Counted from the stretch's first letter, positions 18,596-29,386 are shown. The stretch: 64,000 bases of DNA from Mesobacterium pallidum (GCF_019966535.1 NZ_JAIMID010000014.1:1-64000), one strand, 5' to 3'. Notes: a model not told the origin generated them from the sequence alone. Translations and numbers: made by a program.

Positions 18596-19117
18596 GTGAA
18601 ACGCAAGGCCTGGATCTACGCGGTGATCCTGGTGCAGGTGACCTGCGCCGGGGTCTTCGTGGCCGACATCGTGATGTCGGTGGCCGGCCTGCGCGCCGCG
18701 CCCCTGTCATGGCACATGCGCGAGATGCTGGAACTGGGCGCTGTCGTCGGGCTGGTGCTGGGCGCAGGCCTGGCCGTCTATGCCTTCCTCGCCACGCTGC
18801 GCCGCGAGGAAGGGATCGACAGCCGGTTGCGCGTCGCCTCGGGCGCCTTCATGGACCTGCTCGAGGACCATTTCACCGACTGGGGCCTGACGGCGGCGGA
18901 ACGCGACGTGGCGCTGTTCATGATCAAGGGGCTGAGCATTGCCGAGATCGCCGCGCTGCGCGCGACCTCGCCCGGCACGGTCAAGGCGCAGAACAACGCG
19001 ATCTACCGCAAGGCCGGGGTCAGCGGGCGGGCGCAACTGCTGAGCCTGTTCATCGACGACCTGATCGCCGATGCCCTGCCGGGGATCGAACTGCCGGCCG
19101 TGAACGAAGCCGCCTGA
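18596..19117 (+). CDS. Membrane-anchored LuxR/GerE-family HTH transcriptional regulator (two N-terminal TM helices, no receiver domain)
   Basis: GTG start. TM segments AWIYAVILVQVTCAGVFVADIVMSV and LGAVVGLVLGAGLAVYAFL. C-terminal LuxR HTH (LTAAERDVALFMIKGLSIAEIAALRATSPGTVKAQNNAIYRKAGVSGRAQL). Confidence 0.65.
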   Translation: MKRKAWIYAVILVQVTCAGVFVADIVMSVAGLRAAPLSWHMREMLELGAVVGLVLGAGLAVYAFLATLRREEGIDSRLRVASGAFMDLLEDHFTDWGLTAAERDVALFMIKGLSIAEIAALRATSPGTVKAQNNAIYRKAGVSGRAQLLSLFIDDLIADALPGIELPAVNEAA

Positions 19118-19174
19118 CCCCGGACATGCGAACGGCGGCCCCCGCAGGCGCCGCCGTCAGTCCATGCACAGCGT

Positions 19175-20425
19175 TCAATCGGCGTCGCGGCCGATTTCCG
19201 TGTCGGACATGTCGAACCCGAGGTAGCGCGCCACGGTGAATATGTCCTTGTCACCCCGCCCGCACATGTTCATGCAGATGATGTGATCCGCAGGCAGCTC
19301 GGGCGCGATCTTCATCACATGGGCCAGCGCGTGGCAGGGTTCGAGCGCGGGGATGATGCCTTCGGTCTCGCAGCAGAGCTGGAACGCCTCGAGCGCCTCG
19401 CTGTCGGTGATCGACACGTATTCGGCGCGACCGGTGTCATGCAGCCAGGAATGTTCGGGCCCGATGCCGGGATAGTCGAGACCGGCCGAGATCGAGAACC
19501 CTTCGAGGATCTGCCCGTCCTCGTCCTGCAGCAGGTAGGTGCGGTTGCCATGCAGCACGCCCGGACGCCCGCCGGTGAGCGAGGCGCAATGCTCCATCTT
19601 CTCGTTCACGCCCTTGCCGCCGGCCTCGACGCCGATGATCCGCACGGACTTGTCGTCGAGGAAGGGAAAGAACAGCCCCATGGCGTTCGACCCGCCGCCA
19701 ATGGCCGCGATGATCGTGTCGGGCAGACGGCCCTCCATCTCGGCCAGCTGCTCCTTGGCTTCCTTGCCGATGATCGACTGGAAATCGCGGACCATGGCCG
19801 GGTACGGGTGCGGGCCGGCGACGGTGCCGATGCAGTAGAACGTGTCGCGCACATTGGTCACCCAGTCGCGCAGCGCGTCGTTCATCGCGTCCTTCAGCGT
19901 GCCCCGACCGCTTGTCACCGGGATCACCTCGGCGCCCAGCAGGCGCATGCGGAAGACGTTGGGCGCCTGGCGCCTGACGTCATGCGCGCCCATGTAGACC
20001 ACGCATTTCAGGCCGAACTTGGCGCAGACGGTCGCGGTCGCCACACCATGCTGGCCGGCGCCGGTTTCCGCGATGATCCGGGTCTTGCCCATGCGGCGGG
20101 CCAGGATGATCTGGCCCAGCACGTTGTTGATCTTGTGCGCGCCGGTGTGGTTCAGCTCGTCGCGCTTGAAGTAGATCTTGGCGCCGCCCAGCCGTTCGCT
20201 CAGCCGCTCGGCGTGGTACATGGGCGAAGGCCGGCCGACGTAATGCTTCCAGAGATATTCCATCTCTTCCCAGAAGCTGGCGTCGGTCTTGGCCTTCTCG
20301 TACTCGGCCTCGAGCTCGAGGATCAGGGGCATCAGCGTTTCCGACACGAAGCGCCCGCCGTAATCGCCGAACCGGCCCTTTTCGTCGGGTCCGGTCATGA
20401 AGCTGTTGAAGAGATCGTTGGCCAT
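19175..20425 (-). CDS. trpB: Tryptophan synthase beta chain
   Basis: PLP-dependent TrpB (..HTGAHKINN.., ..GGGSNAMG..). ATG at 20425 with a GAGAGGG SD; the track start at 20431 is a GTG. Confidence 0.92.
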   Translation of the reverse strand: MANDLFNSFMTGPDEKGRFGDYGGRFVSETLMPLILELEAEYEKAKTDASFWEEMEYLWKHYVGRPSPMYHAERLSERLGGAKIYFKRDELNHTGAHKINNVLGQIILARRMGKTRIIAETGAGQHGVATATVCAKFGLKCVVYMGAHDVRRQAPNVFRMRLLGAEVIPVTSGRGTLKDAMNDALRDWVTNVRDTFYCIGTVAGPHPYPAMVRDFQSIIGKEAKEQLAEMEGRLPDTIIAAIGGGSNAMGLFFPFLDDKSVRIIGVEAGGKGVNEKMEHCASLTGGRPGVLHGNRTYLLQDEDGQILEGFSISAGLDYPGIGPEHSWLHDTGRAEYVSITDSEALEAFQLCCETEGIIPALEPCHALAHVMKIAPELPADHIICMNMCGRGDKDIFTVARYLGFDMSDTEIGRDAD

Positions 20426-20513
20426 GGTCACCCTCTCTGGTCGTCCGCATGGGTCTAGAGGTTTTACCGGGGCCGGACAAGGTGCCGGGGCCCGCGCGCA
20501 CCGGCTTTCCCGG

Positions 20514-21149
20514 CTAATTGAGCGCGGCGGTGAAGGCGGCGATCAGCGCGGCGTCCTTTTCTCCGGGCGCGCGTTCCACGCCGGACGACACGTCGACCTG
20601 CCGCGCGCCGGTCAGGCGCACCGCCTCGGCCACGTTCTCGGGGGTCAGCCCGCCGGCCAGCATCCAGGGCTTGACCCACTCACGCCCGGCGATCAGCCGC
20701 CAGTCGAAGGCAAGGCCATTGCCGCCCGGCAGATCAGCCCCCTTGGGGGGCTTGGCGTCCAGCAGGATCTGGTCGGCCACGGCCTCGTAGGTGGCGATCT
20801 TGGGCAGGTCTTCCGCATCGGCCACGCCAACCGCCTTCATCACCGGCAGGCCGTAGCGGGCGCGGACCTCGGCCACCCGCTCGGGGCTTTCCGCGCCATG
20901 AAGCTGCAGCATGTCGAGCGGCACGGCAGCCGTGATCGCGTCCAGCAGCGCGTCATCCGCGTTCACGGTCAGCGCCACCTTGGCGACGCCCGGCGGCACG
21001 TCGATGGCAAGGTCCCGCGCGGCTTCGATACTGATATTGCGCGGGGATTTCGGAAAGAACACAAAGCCGACATAGGCCGCCCCAGCCTCGACGGCCGCGG
21101 CGACGTGTTCGGGCGTGGTCAACCCGCAGATCTTGGCTCTGACCGACAT
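20514..21149 (-). CDS. trpF: N-(5'-phosphoribosyl)anthranilate isomerase
   Basis: [15 protein letters not shown]... TrpF family. Upstream of trpB on the same strand. Confidence 0.85.
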   Translation of the reverse strand: MSVRAKICGLTTPEHVAAAVEAGAAYVGFVFFPKSPRNISIEAARDLAIDVPPGVAKVALTVNADDALLDAITAAVPLDMLQLHGAESPERVAEVRARYGLPVMKAVGVADAEDLPKIATYEAVADQILLDAKPPKGADLPGGNGLAFDWRLIAGREWVKPWMLAGGLTPENVAEAVRLTGARQVDVSSGVERAPGEKDAALIAAFTAALN

Positions 21150-21152
21150 GGC

Positions 21153-21494
21153 TTAATCGAGCAGGGCGAGAACCTCGTCCTTGCCCTGGTGCTTTTCGCC
21201 CTTCAGCTTGGTGACCTCGCGCTCGAGCTTGCCGACCTCGCGCCTTTTCTCCCGGGCCTCGGCGCGGTGCTTGTGTTCGCGCAGCCATTCCCAGATGAAC
21301 CCGACCAACAGGCCAAAGGCCACGCCCGAGAAGATCACGGCAAAAATCGGCACCGTCACCTGGAAATCGATCCCGAGGAAGCGCCCCAACTCTTCGGGCA
21401 GAAGGCGCAGGGTCACGGGGCCAAGGTTCGCAAGGCCGACGGTGATCAGGCAAATGGCAACGATGGCCCAGAAGGCATAGCGGATATAACGCAT
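21153..21494 (-). CDS. LapA/DUF1049-family inner-membrane protein
   Basis: Two TM helices plus a charged coiled C-terminus (KRREVGKLEREVTKLKGEK). Typical gene downstream of ihfB in alphaproteobacteria. Confidence 0.6.
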   Translation of the reverse strand: MRYIRYAFWAIVAICLITVGLANLGPVTLRLLPEELGRFLGIDFQVTVPIFAVIFSGVAFGLLVGFIWEWLREHKHRAEAREKRREVGKLEREVTKLKGEKHQGKDEVLALLD

Positions 21495-21506
21495 GGTCGG
21501 TTCAGG

Positions 21507-21788
21507 TCACTTTCCGTTGAGACGGTCACGCAGCAGCTTCCCGGTCTTGAAGAAGGGAACATGCTTCTCTTCCACCTCAACCGATTCACCCGTGCGCGGG
21601 TTCCGTCCCACTCTGGCATCCCGCTTCTTGACAGAAAAGGCGCCAAAGCCGCGCAGTTCGACGCGGTCGCCGCGCGCCATGGCATCGGTGATCTCGTCGA
21701 AGATCGTCCCGACGATACGCTCCACATCCCGTTGATAAAGATGCGGATTCTCATCGGCGATTTTCTGGATCAGCTCCGAACGGATCAT
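21507..21788 (-). CDS. ihfB: Integration host factor subunit beta
   Basis: [33 protein letters not shown]... canonical HimD/IhfB. Confidence 0.9.
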   Translation of the reverse strand: MIRSELIQKIADENPHLYQRDVERIVGTIFDEITDAMARGDRVELRGFGAFSVKKRDARVGRNPRTGESVEVEEKHVPFFKTGKLLRDRLNGK

Positions 21789-22124
21789 AGTCTACGACCT
21801 CCCCGAGGGCTTCATTGGCCCGGTCTTGTTCCCTGACAGAACTATAAGAACAAACTTTCCGCGCGGAAACAGGGGGAAATCGCAATCGGGCCGGATTCCG
21901 GCCGAGAAAGGCCGAATTCACCCCCCTTCGGCAGGCTGGAAGGGCAAAATGGAGTTAACCAATTGGGAAATCACGCGGGATTGGCCCGCATCGCGAAAGA
22001 ATGATTCGGCGGCTGGCAGAAGCCCTTGGGGATCAGCAGCTTACCGCCCCGCCCTCAAACGCGAACGGGCCCCGGAGTCTCCTCCGGGGCCCGCGCATAT
22101 CGTGCAGCCTTGCGGCCGATGGGA

Positions 22125-23798
22125 TCAGTCGTTGCCCTTGAGCGCGGCGCCCAGGATGTCGCCCAGCGACGCACCGGAGTCGGACGAGCCGAACTGTTCC
22201 ACGGCTTCCTTCTCTTCGGCGATCTCGCGCGCCTTGATCGACAGGCCCAGACGACGGGTCTTGCTGTCGACGTTGGTGACGCGGACGTCGACGTGGTCAC
22301 CGACCGAGAAACGCTCGGGGCGCTGTTCGGAGCGGTCACGCGACAGGTCGGAGCGGCGGATGAAGGACTTCATGCCCTCGTATTCCACCTCGATGCCGCC
22401 ATCTTCGATCGCCGTGACGGTCACGGTGATGATCGAGCCACGCTTCACGCCGCCAACCGCATCCGCGAACTTGTCGCCGCCGACACCCTTGATCGAGAGC
22501 GAGATCCGCTCCTTGTCGATGTCGGTTTCGAGGACAACGGCCTTGACCATGTCGCCCTTGCGGTAGTCCTGGATGGCTTCTTCGCCGCGCTGGTCCCAGC
22601 TGAGGTCCGACAGGTGAACCATGCCGTCGATGTCGCCCGGCAGGCCGACGAACAGACCGAATTCGGTGATGTTCTTGACCTCGCCCTCGACCTCGGTGCC
22701 CTCGGGGTGCGATTCGGCGAACAGCTCCCACGGGTTGCGCATGGTCTGCTTGAGACCCAGCGACACCCGGCGCTTCGCGGGATCGATCTCCAGCACCATG
22801 ACGTCGACTTCCTGCGAGGTCGACACGATCTTGCCGGGGTGCACGTTCTTCTTGGTCCAGGACATTTCCGAGACGTGAACGAGACCCTCGACACCCGGCT
22901 CCAGCTCGACGAAGGCGCCGTAATCGGTGATGTTGGTGACGCGGCCTTTGTGGACCGAACCCAGCGGGTACTTGACGCCGACCAGATCCCACGGATCTTC
23001 CTGCAGCTGCTTCATGCCGAGGCTGATACGGTGGGTGTCCTTGTTGATCTTGATGACCTGGACCTTGATGGTCTCGCCGATCGACAGGATCTCGGACGGG
23101 TGGTTGACGCGGCGCCAGGCCATGTCGGTGACGTGCAGCAGGCCGTCCACACCGCCCAGGTCGACGAAGGCGCCGTACTCGGTGATGTTCTTGACCACGC
23201 CGTCGACCGTCTGACCTTCGGTCAGGTTGGCGATAACCTCAGCGCGCTGCTCGGCACGCGATTCTTCCAGGATGGCGCGGCGCGACACGACGATGTTGCC
23301 ACGGCGACGGTCCATTTTCAGGATCTGGAAGGGCTGCTTGAGACCCATCAGCGGGCCGGCGTCACGCACGGGGCGCACATCGACCTGGGAGCCGGGCAGG
23401 AAGGCCACGGCGCCGCCGAGATCGACGGTGAAGCCACCCTTGACGCGGCCAAAGATCGCGCCTTCGACGCGGGCGTCGTCGGCATAGGCTTTTTCCAGGC
23501 GGTCCCAGGCTTCTTCGCGGCGGGCCATCTCGCGCGAGATGACGGCTTCGCCACGGGCGTTTTCAGCCGCGCGGAGGAAGACCTCGACTTCGTCGCCGAC
23601 GCTGATGTCGGCTTCTTCGCCGGGATTTGCGAATTCTTTCAGATCGACGCGGCCTTCCATCTTGTAGCCGACGTCGATGATGGCCTGGCCTGCCTGGATG
23701 GCGATGACCTTGCCCTTGACGACACTGCCTTCATCGGGCGTGTCCATCTCGAAGCTTTCGTTAAGGAGTGCTTCAAACTCTTCCATCGTGTTTGCCAT
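22125..23798 (-). CDS. rpsA: 30S ribosomal protein S1
   Basis: Six S1 repeats. Start at MANTMEEFEALL. A GC hairpin at 22055-22085 lies downstream. Confidence 0.92.
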   Translation of the reverse strand: MANTMEEFEALLNESFEMDTPDEGSVVKGKVIAIQAGQAIIDVGYKMEGRVDLKEFANPGEEADISVGDEVEVFLRAAENARGEAVISREMARREEAWDRLEKAYADDARVEGAIFGRVKGGFTVDLGGAVAFLPGSQVDVRPVRDAGPLMGLKQPFQILKMDRRRGNIVVSRRAILEESRAEQRAEVIANLTEGQTVDGVVKNITEYGAFVDLGGVDGLLHVTDMAWRRVNHPSEILSIGETIKVQVIKINKDTHRISLGMKQLQEDPWDLVGVKYPLGSVHKGRVTNITDYGAFVELEPGVEGLVHVSEMSWTKKNVHPGKIVSTSQEVDVMVLEIDPAKRRVSLGLKQTMRNPWELFAESHPEGTEVEGEVKNITEFGLFVGLPGDIDGMVHLSDLSWDQRGEEAIQDYRKGDMVKAVVLETDIDKERISLSIKGVGGDKFADAVGGVKRGSIITVTVTAIEDGGIEVEYEGMKSFIRRSDLSRDRSEQRPERFSVGDHVDVRVTNVDSKTRRLGLSIKAREIAEEKEAVEQFGSSDSGASLGDILGAALKGND

Positions 23799-24068
23799 AT
23801 GGCGTATCAAGTCCTTTTCAGAGCGTTTTTTCCGGCCGTGCGGTTGGGTCCGCCGGTCTTGGGGGTTTCATTGGTCAGACGGGGACAGGCGCGACATTCA
23901 AAACAAAGAGGGCCGGTGTTCCCGACCCTGCCCGCTTGATGTCCCGCGATGTTTCCCGCCTTGTCGACGCGCGCGGTATAGCCAGCATGGGCCGCTATCG
24001 CAAGGGGGAATGACCCGGACCGGCCCGGGCGGCGGCGCCCTGCCGTCAGGGGGCGCCACGATGAGGGC

Positions 24069-25067
24069 TCAGCAATACCGTTCCGGCCCGACCCATTGCA
24101 CGTCGCTGTAACGGTCGCCGTGACACCAGCCCACGGGCAGGATGTCTTCGATCCGCGTCAGGTCGTCGGGCGTGAGGTCGATCTCCCCGCCCCGCGCCAC
24201 GTCGCGGAAGTGGGCGGTAAAGCGCGTGCCGGGGATCGCGATCACATGGTCGCCCTGAGCAAGGATCCAGGCGATGGCGAGCGCGGCCGTGGGCTCGCCC
24301 ATCTCGGCGGCCAGTGCGCGGAACTTCTCGGTCGCGGCGAGGTTCGCGGCCAGGTTCGGCGCCTGGAACCGCGGGGTCGAGGCGAGGAAGGGCAGCTCGG
24401 CCACCTTGGCCGCATCGGGCGGCGTGTCGGTCAACAGGCCCCGGCCGACGGGGCTGAAGGCAACCAGCATCGTGCCCAGCTCGGCGCAGGTCTGGATCAG
24501 CCCCAGTTCCACCGCGCGGCTTTGCAGCGAATATTCCGATTGCACCGCGTCCACGTGGGCGACGGCAGCGGCCCGGCGCAGCGAGCTGGGCGCGATCTCG
24601 GAAAAGCCGATGGCGGCCGTCTTGCCCTTCTGCCGCAGCGCATCGAGCGTGCCGCAGACCTCCTCGATCGGGATGTTCGGGTCGCGGCGGTGACAATAGT
24701 AGAGGTCCACCTGTTCGACCCCGAGGCGCTTCAGGGACTTGTCCAGCTCGGCCTCGAAATGCTCGGGCCTGTTGTCGAAACAGCGGTTGCCGTCGGCATC
24801 CTTGGAAATCCCGGCCTTGGTCGCGATGTGGAACGCGTCCCGCGCGCCGGGGTTGGCGGCAAGGTAATTGCCGATCCGCGTCTCGGACCCGCCAAGGCCA
24901 TAGGCGTTCGACGTGTCGATATGCGTCACGCCCAGTGCGCGCGCGGCATCCAGGATCTCGACGCTCTGCGCGTCCGTGGCGGGACCGTAGAAATTGGTGA
25001 ACGACATGGCGCCGTAGCCCACGGCCGAGATTTCCGGGCCATGGGCCCCCAGTTTGCGCATCTTCAT
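24069..25067 (-). CDS. Aldo/keto reductase family oxidoreductase
   Basis: MKMRKLGAHGPEISAVGYGAMSF..IDTSNAYG.. AKR signature, 332 aa. Confidence 0.85.
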   Translation of the reverse strand: MKMRKLGAHGPEISAVGYGAMSFTNFYGPATDAQSVEILDAARALGVTHIDTSNAYGLGGSETRIGNYLAANPGARDAFHIATKAGISKDADGNRCFDNRPEHFEAELDKSLKRLGVEQVDLYYCHRRDPNIPIEEVCGTLDALRQKGKTAAIGFSEIAPSSLRRAAAVAHVDAVQSEYSLQSRAVELGLIQTCAELGTMLVAFSPVGRGLLTDTPPDAAKVAELPFLASTPRFQAPNLAANLAATEKFRALAAEMGEPTAALAIAWILAQGDHVIAIPGTRFTAHFRDVARGGEIDLTPDDLTRIEDILPVGWCHGDRYSDVQWVGPERYC

Positions 25068-25072
25068 ATGGG

Positions 25073-25681
25073 TCAGTCCTTTCGCTGATCGACGGCGCGG
25101 ATCGCTGCGGCGATGGCGGCGTCGATGTCCAATTCGGATGTGTCGATGATCGTTGCGTCCTCGGCCGGCTTCAGCGGCGCCTCGGCCCGGGTGCTGTCCC
25201 GCTCGTCCCGGGCGCGCACGTCGGCCAGCACCTCGGATTCGGCGATGTCGTGGCCGGTGCCGGTCAGCTCCAGCCAGCGGCGATGGGCGCGGACCTCGGC
25301 GCTGGCGGTGACGAACAGCTTGGCCTCGGCCTCGGGGCAGATCACGGTGCCGATGTCGCGCCCGTCCAGCACCGCCCCGCCCTGCCGCCGGGCAAAGGCC
25401 CGCTGGAAGTCGAGAAGCGCCTGACGCACCTCGCCGATCACGGCGACCTTGCTGGCGGCCTCGGCCACGGCGGGGGTGCGCAGGCCCTCCGCCTCGAGGT
25501 CTTCGGCCCGCAGCGCGCGGGCGGCCTCTACCGCATCCACGCCCTCCAGCAGCCTGGCGCCGACGGCGCGGTAGAGCAGCCCGGTGTCGAGATGGGCAAA
25601 GCCGAAATGCGCCGCAACCGCGCGGCTGATCGTGCCCTTGCCCGCCGCCGCGGGGCCGTCGATTGCGATGGTGAACGCCAT
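25073..25681 (-). CDS. cmk: Cytidylate kinase
   Basis: [23 protein letters not shown].. P-loop, 202 aa. Confidence 0.85.
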   Translation of the reverse strand: MAFTIAIDGPAAAGKGTISRAVAAHFGFAHLDTGLLYRAVGARLLEGVDAVEAARALRAEDLEAEGLRTPAVAEAASKVAVIGEVRQALLDFQRAFARRQGGAVLDGRDIGTVICPEAEAKLFVTASAEVRAHRRWLELTGTGHDIAESEVLADVRARDERDSTRAEAPLKPAEDATIIDTSELDIDAAIAAAIRAVDQRKD

Positions 25682-25728
25682 GAGGCCTCCGGGTTTTGCC
25701 CCTTGCGTAAGGCAAGGCGCCCGGGGCC

Positions 25729-26253
25729 TCAAGCCCGCCGGCGCCGCCAAAACGCGGCGAGCCCGCCGATCAGCAGCGCGGTAAGGCCGATGGTATCCCC
25801 GATGGACTTGACGACGGTCCAGGTGCTGGCCCGCGCCACCTGGTCTGCGGTCAGCGCGTCGAGCGGCGTGGCGAGCATCCCGGCGACCAGGTGGTTTTCG
25901 GTGTAATCCCCGACGGCCCCGACCAGCACGGCAAGACACAGCGGCAGGGCGACGCGCGGCCGGTAAAGCCCCCAGAGGCCCAGCCAGAGCGACAGCGCCA
26001 GCAGGCCGGGGTAGAACAGGTCCATGATGCGCTGCGGACCGGTGTAGAGCGCCCGACCCGTGTCGTTCAGCGCGCCAAGGAACTCCCGCGCCGCGTCGAT
26101 ATGATAGCCCGTGGGCCGCATGTCGAACGCCGGCAGCCCGCCCGCCTCGGCCTCGATCGTCGGCAGGGTCCAGGTCGTCATGGTGACATAAATCACCATC
26201 GAGGCAGCGAAGACCGCCCAGAAGGCCCACCAATATGCCGCAGGCCGGCGCAT
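25729..26253 (-). CDS. Hypothetical integral membrane protein (4 predicted TM helices)
   Basis: Hydrophobic profile. Its start overlaps the aroA stop, suggesting an aroA-membrane protein-cmk operon. Confidence 0.5.
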   Translation of the reverse strand: MRRPAAYWWAFWAVFAASMVIYVTMTTWTLPTIEAEAGGLPAFDMRPTGYHIDAAREFLGALNDTGRALYTGPQRIMDLFYPGLLALSLWLGLWGLYRPRVALPLCLAVLVGAVGDYTENHLVAGMLATPLDALTADQVARASTWTVVKSIGDTIGLTALLIGGLAAFWRRRRA

Positions 26254-27599
26254 CAGACCCCCTCGATCACCGCGCCAAGGCGCGTCATCAGCGGCTCGAA
26301 GATCGGGAAGGAGGTGGCGATCGGCCCCGCGTCATCCACGGTCATCGGCTTTTCGGTCGCGAAGCCCATCACGAGGAAGGACATGGCGATGCGGTGGTCG
26401 AGATGTGTCTCGACCACCGCCCCGCCCGGCACGTCGCCGAAGCCGCGGCCATGGACCGTCCACCAATCCTCGCCCTCGTCCACCGTGATGCCCGCGGCGC
26501 GCAGCCCCTTGGCCATGGCGTCGATCCGGTCGGATTCCTTGACCCGCAGCTCCTTGACGCCCGGCATATGGGTCTTACCCTTGGCGAAGCAGGCGACGAC
26601 CGACAACACCGGGTATTCGTCGATCATCGAGGCGGCGCGCTCTGCCGGCACCTCGATGCCCTGCATGTCGGGCGAAAAGCGCGCGCGCAGGTCGGCGACG
26701 GGCTCGCCGCCCTCGTGGCGCAGGTTCTCGTAAGTCAGGTCCGCGCCCATCTCGCGCAGGGTCGAGAAGAGCCCGGCGCGCGTGGGGTTGAGCCCGATGT
26801 TCGGCACCAGCACGTCCGACCCTTCCGTCAGCAGCGCGGCGCAGACCGGGAAGGCGGCCGACGACGGATCGCGTGGCACCGCGATGACCTGCGGGCTCAG
26901 CTCGGGCTGGCCGGTCAGGGTGATGACGCGGCCCTCGGGCGTGTCCTCGGTCATGATCTCGGCGCCGAAGCCGGCCAGCATCCGCTCGGTATGATCGCGC
27001 GTGGCCTCCTTCTCGATCACCACGGTCTGGCCGGGGGCATTGAGGCCCGCCAGCAGCACGGCGGATTTCACCTGGGCCGAGGGCACGGGCACCCGGTAGC
27101 GCACCGGCACCGGCTCGCGCGCGCCGACGATGGTCATGGGCAGGCGGCCCCCGGCGCGGCCGTAGGCTTGCGCGCCGAAGAGCGCCAGAGGGTCCGTCAC
27201 CCGCGCCATGGGCCGCTTGTTGAGGCTGGCGTCCCCGGTGAAGGTCACCGTGATCGGCGTGGTCGCCATCGACCCCATGATCAGGCGCACGCCGGTGCCC
27301 GAATTGCCGCAATCGACCACCTGCGCCGGTTCGGCAAAGCCGCCGACACCCACGCCGTAGACCACCCATTCCCCGTTGCCGAGGTCCGCCACGTCGGCGC
27401 CGAAGGCCCGCATCGCTTTGGCGGTGTCCAGCACGTCCTCGCCCTCGAGCAGGCCGGAGATCCGCGTCTCGCCCACGCTCATCGCGCCGAGGATCAGCGA
27501 GCGGTGCGAAATCGACTTGTCCCCGGGCACCTGCGCCTCGCCTTTCAGCGGGCCGGACTTGCGGGACAACATGGGGGTGGGTGTGCCATGGCCGGACAT
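26253..27599 (-). CDS. aroA: 3-phosphoshikimate 1-carboxyvinyltransferase (EPSP synthase)
   Basis: ..[22 protein letters not shown].. class II EPSPS. Start at [11 protein letters not shown]; the upstream extension in the track ORF is not native. Confidence 0.9.
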   Translation of the reverse strand: MSGHGTPTPMLSRKSGPLKGEAQVPGDKSISHRSLILGAMSVGETRISGLLEGEDVLDTAKAMRAFGADVADLGNGEWVVYGVGVGGFAEPAQVVDCGNSGTGVRLIMGSMATTPITVTFTGDASLNKRPMARVTDPLALFGAQAYGRAGGRLPMTIVGAREPVPVRYRVPVPSAQVKSAVLLAGLNAPGQTVVIEKEATRDHTERMLAGFGAEIMTEDTPEGRVITLTGQPELSPQVIAVPRDPSSAAFPVCAALLTEGSDVLVPNIGLNPTRAGLFSTLREMGADLTYENLRHEGGEPVADLRARFSPDMQGIEVPAERAASMIDEYPVLSVVACFAKGKTHMPGVKELRVKESDRIDAMAKGLRAAGITVDEGEDWWTVHGRGFGDVPGGAVVETHLDHRIAMSFLVMGFATEKPMTVDDAGPIATSFPIFEPLMTRLGAVIEGV

Positions 27600-27742
27600 G
27601 GGCGGTCTCCTCGGAATGCCTCGGGCGCGGTGATAGCGGTAAAGGCGGGGGCCGGCAACGGGGCGTCTGGATCGATGCGCGACCGGGGGCCAGCTCCCCG
27701 ACGGCGCATCCCTGGGAGCCCCATCCGACCGCAGCACCGCTA

Positions 27743-27847
27743 GGGGGCAGCCCCCCAGACCCCCCGGAGTTTACAGGCACAATGAAAAGCGGATCGGAGC
27801 CCCTGCTTTCACTTTTCCCCAAATACTCCCGCCGGAGGCGTCCGCCC
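27743..27847 (+). repeat. Dispersed intergenic repeat, compact full copy
   Basis: GGGGCAGCCCCCC-AGA-CCCCCGGAGTTTACAGGCACAATGAAAAGCGGATCGGAGCCCCTGCTTTCACTTTTCCCCAAATACTCCCGCCGGAGGCGTCCGCC. Confidence 0.65.
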
Positions 27848-27853
27848 TATCGG

Positions 27854-28579
27854 TCAGCCCTGCCGCCGGAAGGTAAGGTAATGCGGGGTGCGGCCCTCGC
27901 GCAAGGCCTTCTGCTCGTACCGGGTCGGGATCCAGTCGTCCCAGGGTTCGCGCCAGTCGGCGGGGCGCTCGGCCAGCCAGTCGAAGCCCTGCCGGGGCAC
28001 CTGCTCCAGCGTCTGGCGGACGTAGTCGGGAATGTCCGTCGCCACGCGGAAGATCGCGCCGGGCTTGAGCTTGGCGGCCAGCGGCGCGAGGTGGTCGGGC
28101 GTGACGAAGCGGCGGCGGTGGTGGCGTTTCTTGGGCCAGGGATCCGGGTAGAGCAGGAAGGCGCGGTCGAGGCTGGCATCGGGCAGCACGTCGAAGAGAT
28201 GGCGCGCATCGCCGGGATGGACGCGCAGGTTGTCGACCCCCGCCTCGCGGATCTTGCCCAGCAGCATGGCGACTCCGTTGATGAAGGGCTCGGCTCCGAT
28301 GATCCCGACGCCCGGGTTCTGCTGCGCCTGGTGCACCAGGTGCTCGCCGCCGCCAAAGCCGATTTCCAGCCAGACCGGGCGGTCGCCGAAGACGGCCGCG
28401 AGGTCGAGCGGTTTGCGGTCCGGGTTCTCTTCCCAGCTGACCGCGCCGGGCGACAGCGCGTCGAGATCCTCGCGCAGGTAGGTTTCCTGGCTGGGGCGCA
28501 GGGTCTTGCCCTTGAACCGGCCATAGAAATTGCGCCAGGGCGCGCCGGAGGGGTGCTTGTCGGAAGGCGTGTCGCTCAT
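27854..28579 (-). CDS. trmB: tRNA (guanine46-N7)-methyltransferase
   Basis: ..VWLEIGFGGGEHLV.. SAM-MTase. Start at MSDTPSD. Confidence 0.85.
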   Translation of the reverse strand: MSDTPSDKHPSGAPWRNFYGRFKGKTLRPSQETYLREDLDALSPGAVSWEENPDRKPLDLAAVFGDRPVWLEIGFGGGEHLVHQAQQNPGVGIIGAEPFINGVAMLLGKIREAGVDNLRVHPGDARHLFDVLPDASLDRAFLLYPDPWPKKRHHRRRFVTPDHLAPLAAKLKPGAIFRVATDIPDYVRQTLEQVPRQGFDWLAERPADWREPWDDWIPTRYEQKALREGRTPHYLTFRRQG

Positions 28580-28780
28580 GTCGCGGCATTTAGCGACAGG
28601 CGCGGGAAAGGGCAATCTCAGGCGACGCGCGCGGGGGACGGATCACCGCGAATATGCGCGCATGCGAACGATGGCTATGTGATAATAGCCAATGGTTCAA
28701 TTTTGCGACTGCGTTATCTGAGGGGTCAGCGAAAAATCAAGCCGGTTCTCGTGACCGGCCGCACCAGATAGGAGACTCAC

Positions 28781-29206
28781 ATGACCAATTCACCCGCCCT
28801 CGCCTATGCCGCCCCGCTGGGCCGCATCCTGCTGTCGCTCATCTTCATCATCGCCGGCCTGCAGAAAATCCCCGGCTATGCTGGCACCCAGCAATACATG
28901 GATGCCATGGGCGTCCCCGGCGCGCTGCTGCCGCTGGTGATCGTCCTGGAACTGGTCGGCGGCATCGCGCTGCTGATCGGCTGGCAGGCCCGCATCACCG
29001 CCTGCCTGCTGGCCGGGTTCAGCCTGGCGTCGGGCGCCCTGTTCCACCTGCTGCCGGGCCTCGGCATGGACGGCATGGCCAGCCAGGCCGAGATCACAAG
29101 CTTCATGAAGAACGTGTCGATCGCCGGCGGCATGCTGATGATCGTAGCGCTTGGCGCCGGGCCGGCCTCGGTCGACCGCAAGGGCGTGGCCGTTCCGGCC
29201 GAGTGA
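28781..29206 (+). CDS. DoxX-family membrane protein
   Basis: MTNSPALAYAAPLGRILLSLIFIIAGLQKI.. DoxX signature. A terminator follows at 29231-29256 (GGAGCGCTTCGGCGCTCC + T6). Confidence 0.75.
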   Translation: MTNSPALAYAAPLGRILLSLIFIIAGLQKIPGYAGTQQYMDAMGVPGALLPLVIVLELVGGIALLIGWQARITACLLAGFSLASGALFHLLPGLGMDGMASQAEITSFMKNVSIAGGMLMIVALGAGPASVDRKGVAVPAE

Positions 29207-29230
29207 TGCCTGGATCCGGACGACAGGGAA

Positions 29231-29256
29231 AGGAGCGCTTCGGCGCTCCTTTTTTC
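29231..29256 (+). terminator. Rho-independent terminator after the DoxX gene
   Basis: AGGAGCGC-TTCG-GCGCTCCT followed by TTTTTT. Confidence 0.7.
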
Positions 29257-29311
29257 ATGCGCGAAACATGACCTCGGAGCGCAGTGGGAACGGGAAGTCG
29301 GGGGAAGCGCC

Positions 29312-29386
29312 TGGCAGCCCGTAGGGGAATCGAACCCCTCTTTCCAGGTTGAAAACCTGGCGTCCTAACCGATAGACGAACGGGCC
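29312..29386 (-). tRNA. tRNA-Glu (anticodon TTC), CCA encoded
   Basis: Minus-strand fold: GGCCCGT-TC-GTC TATCGGTTAG GAC-G-CCAGG TTTTCAA CCTGG-AAAG-AGGGG TTCGATT CCCCT-ACGGGCT-G-CCA. Confidence 0.8.
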
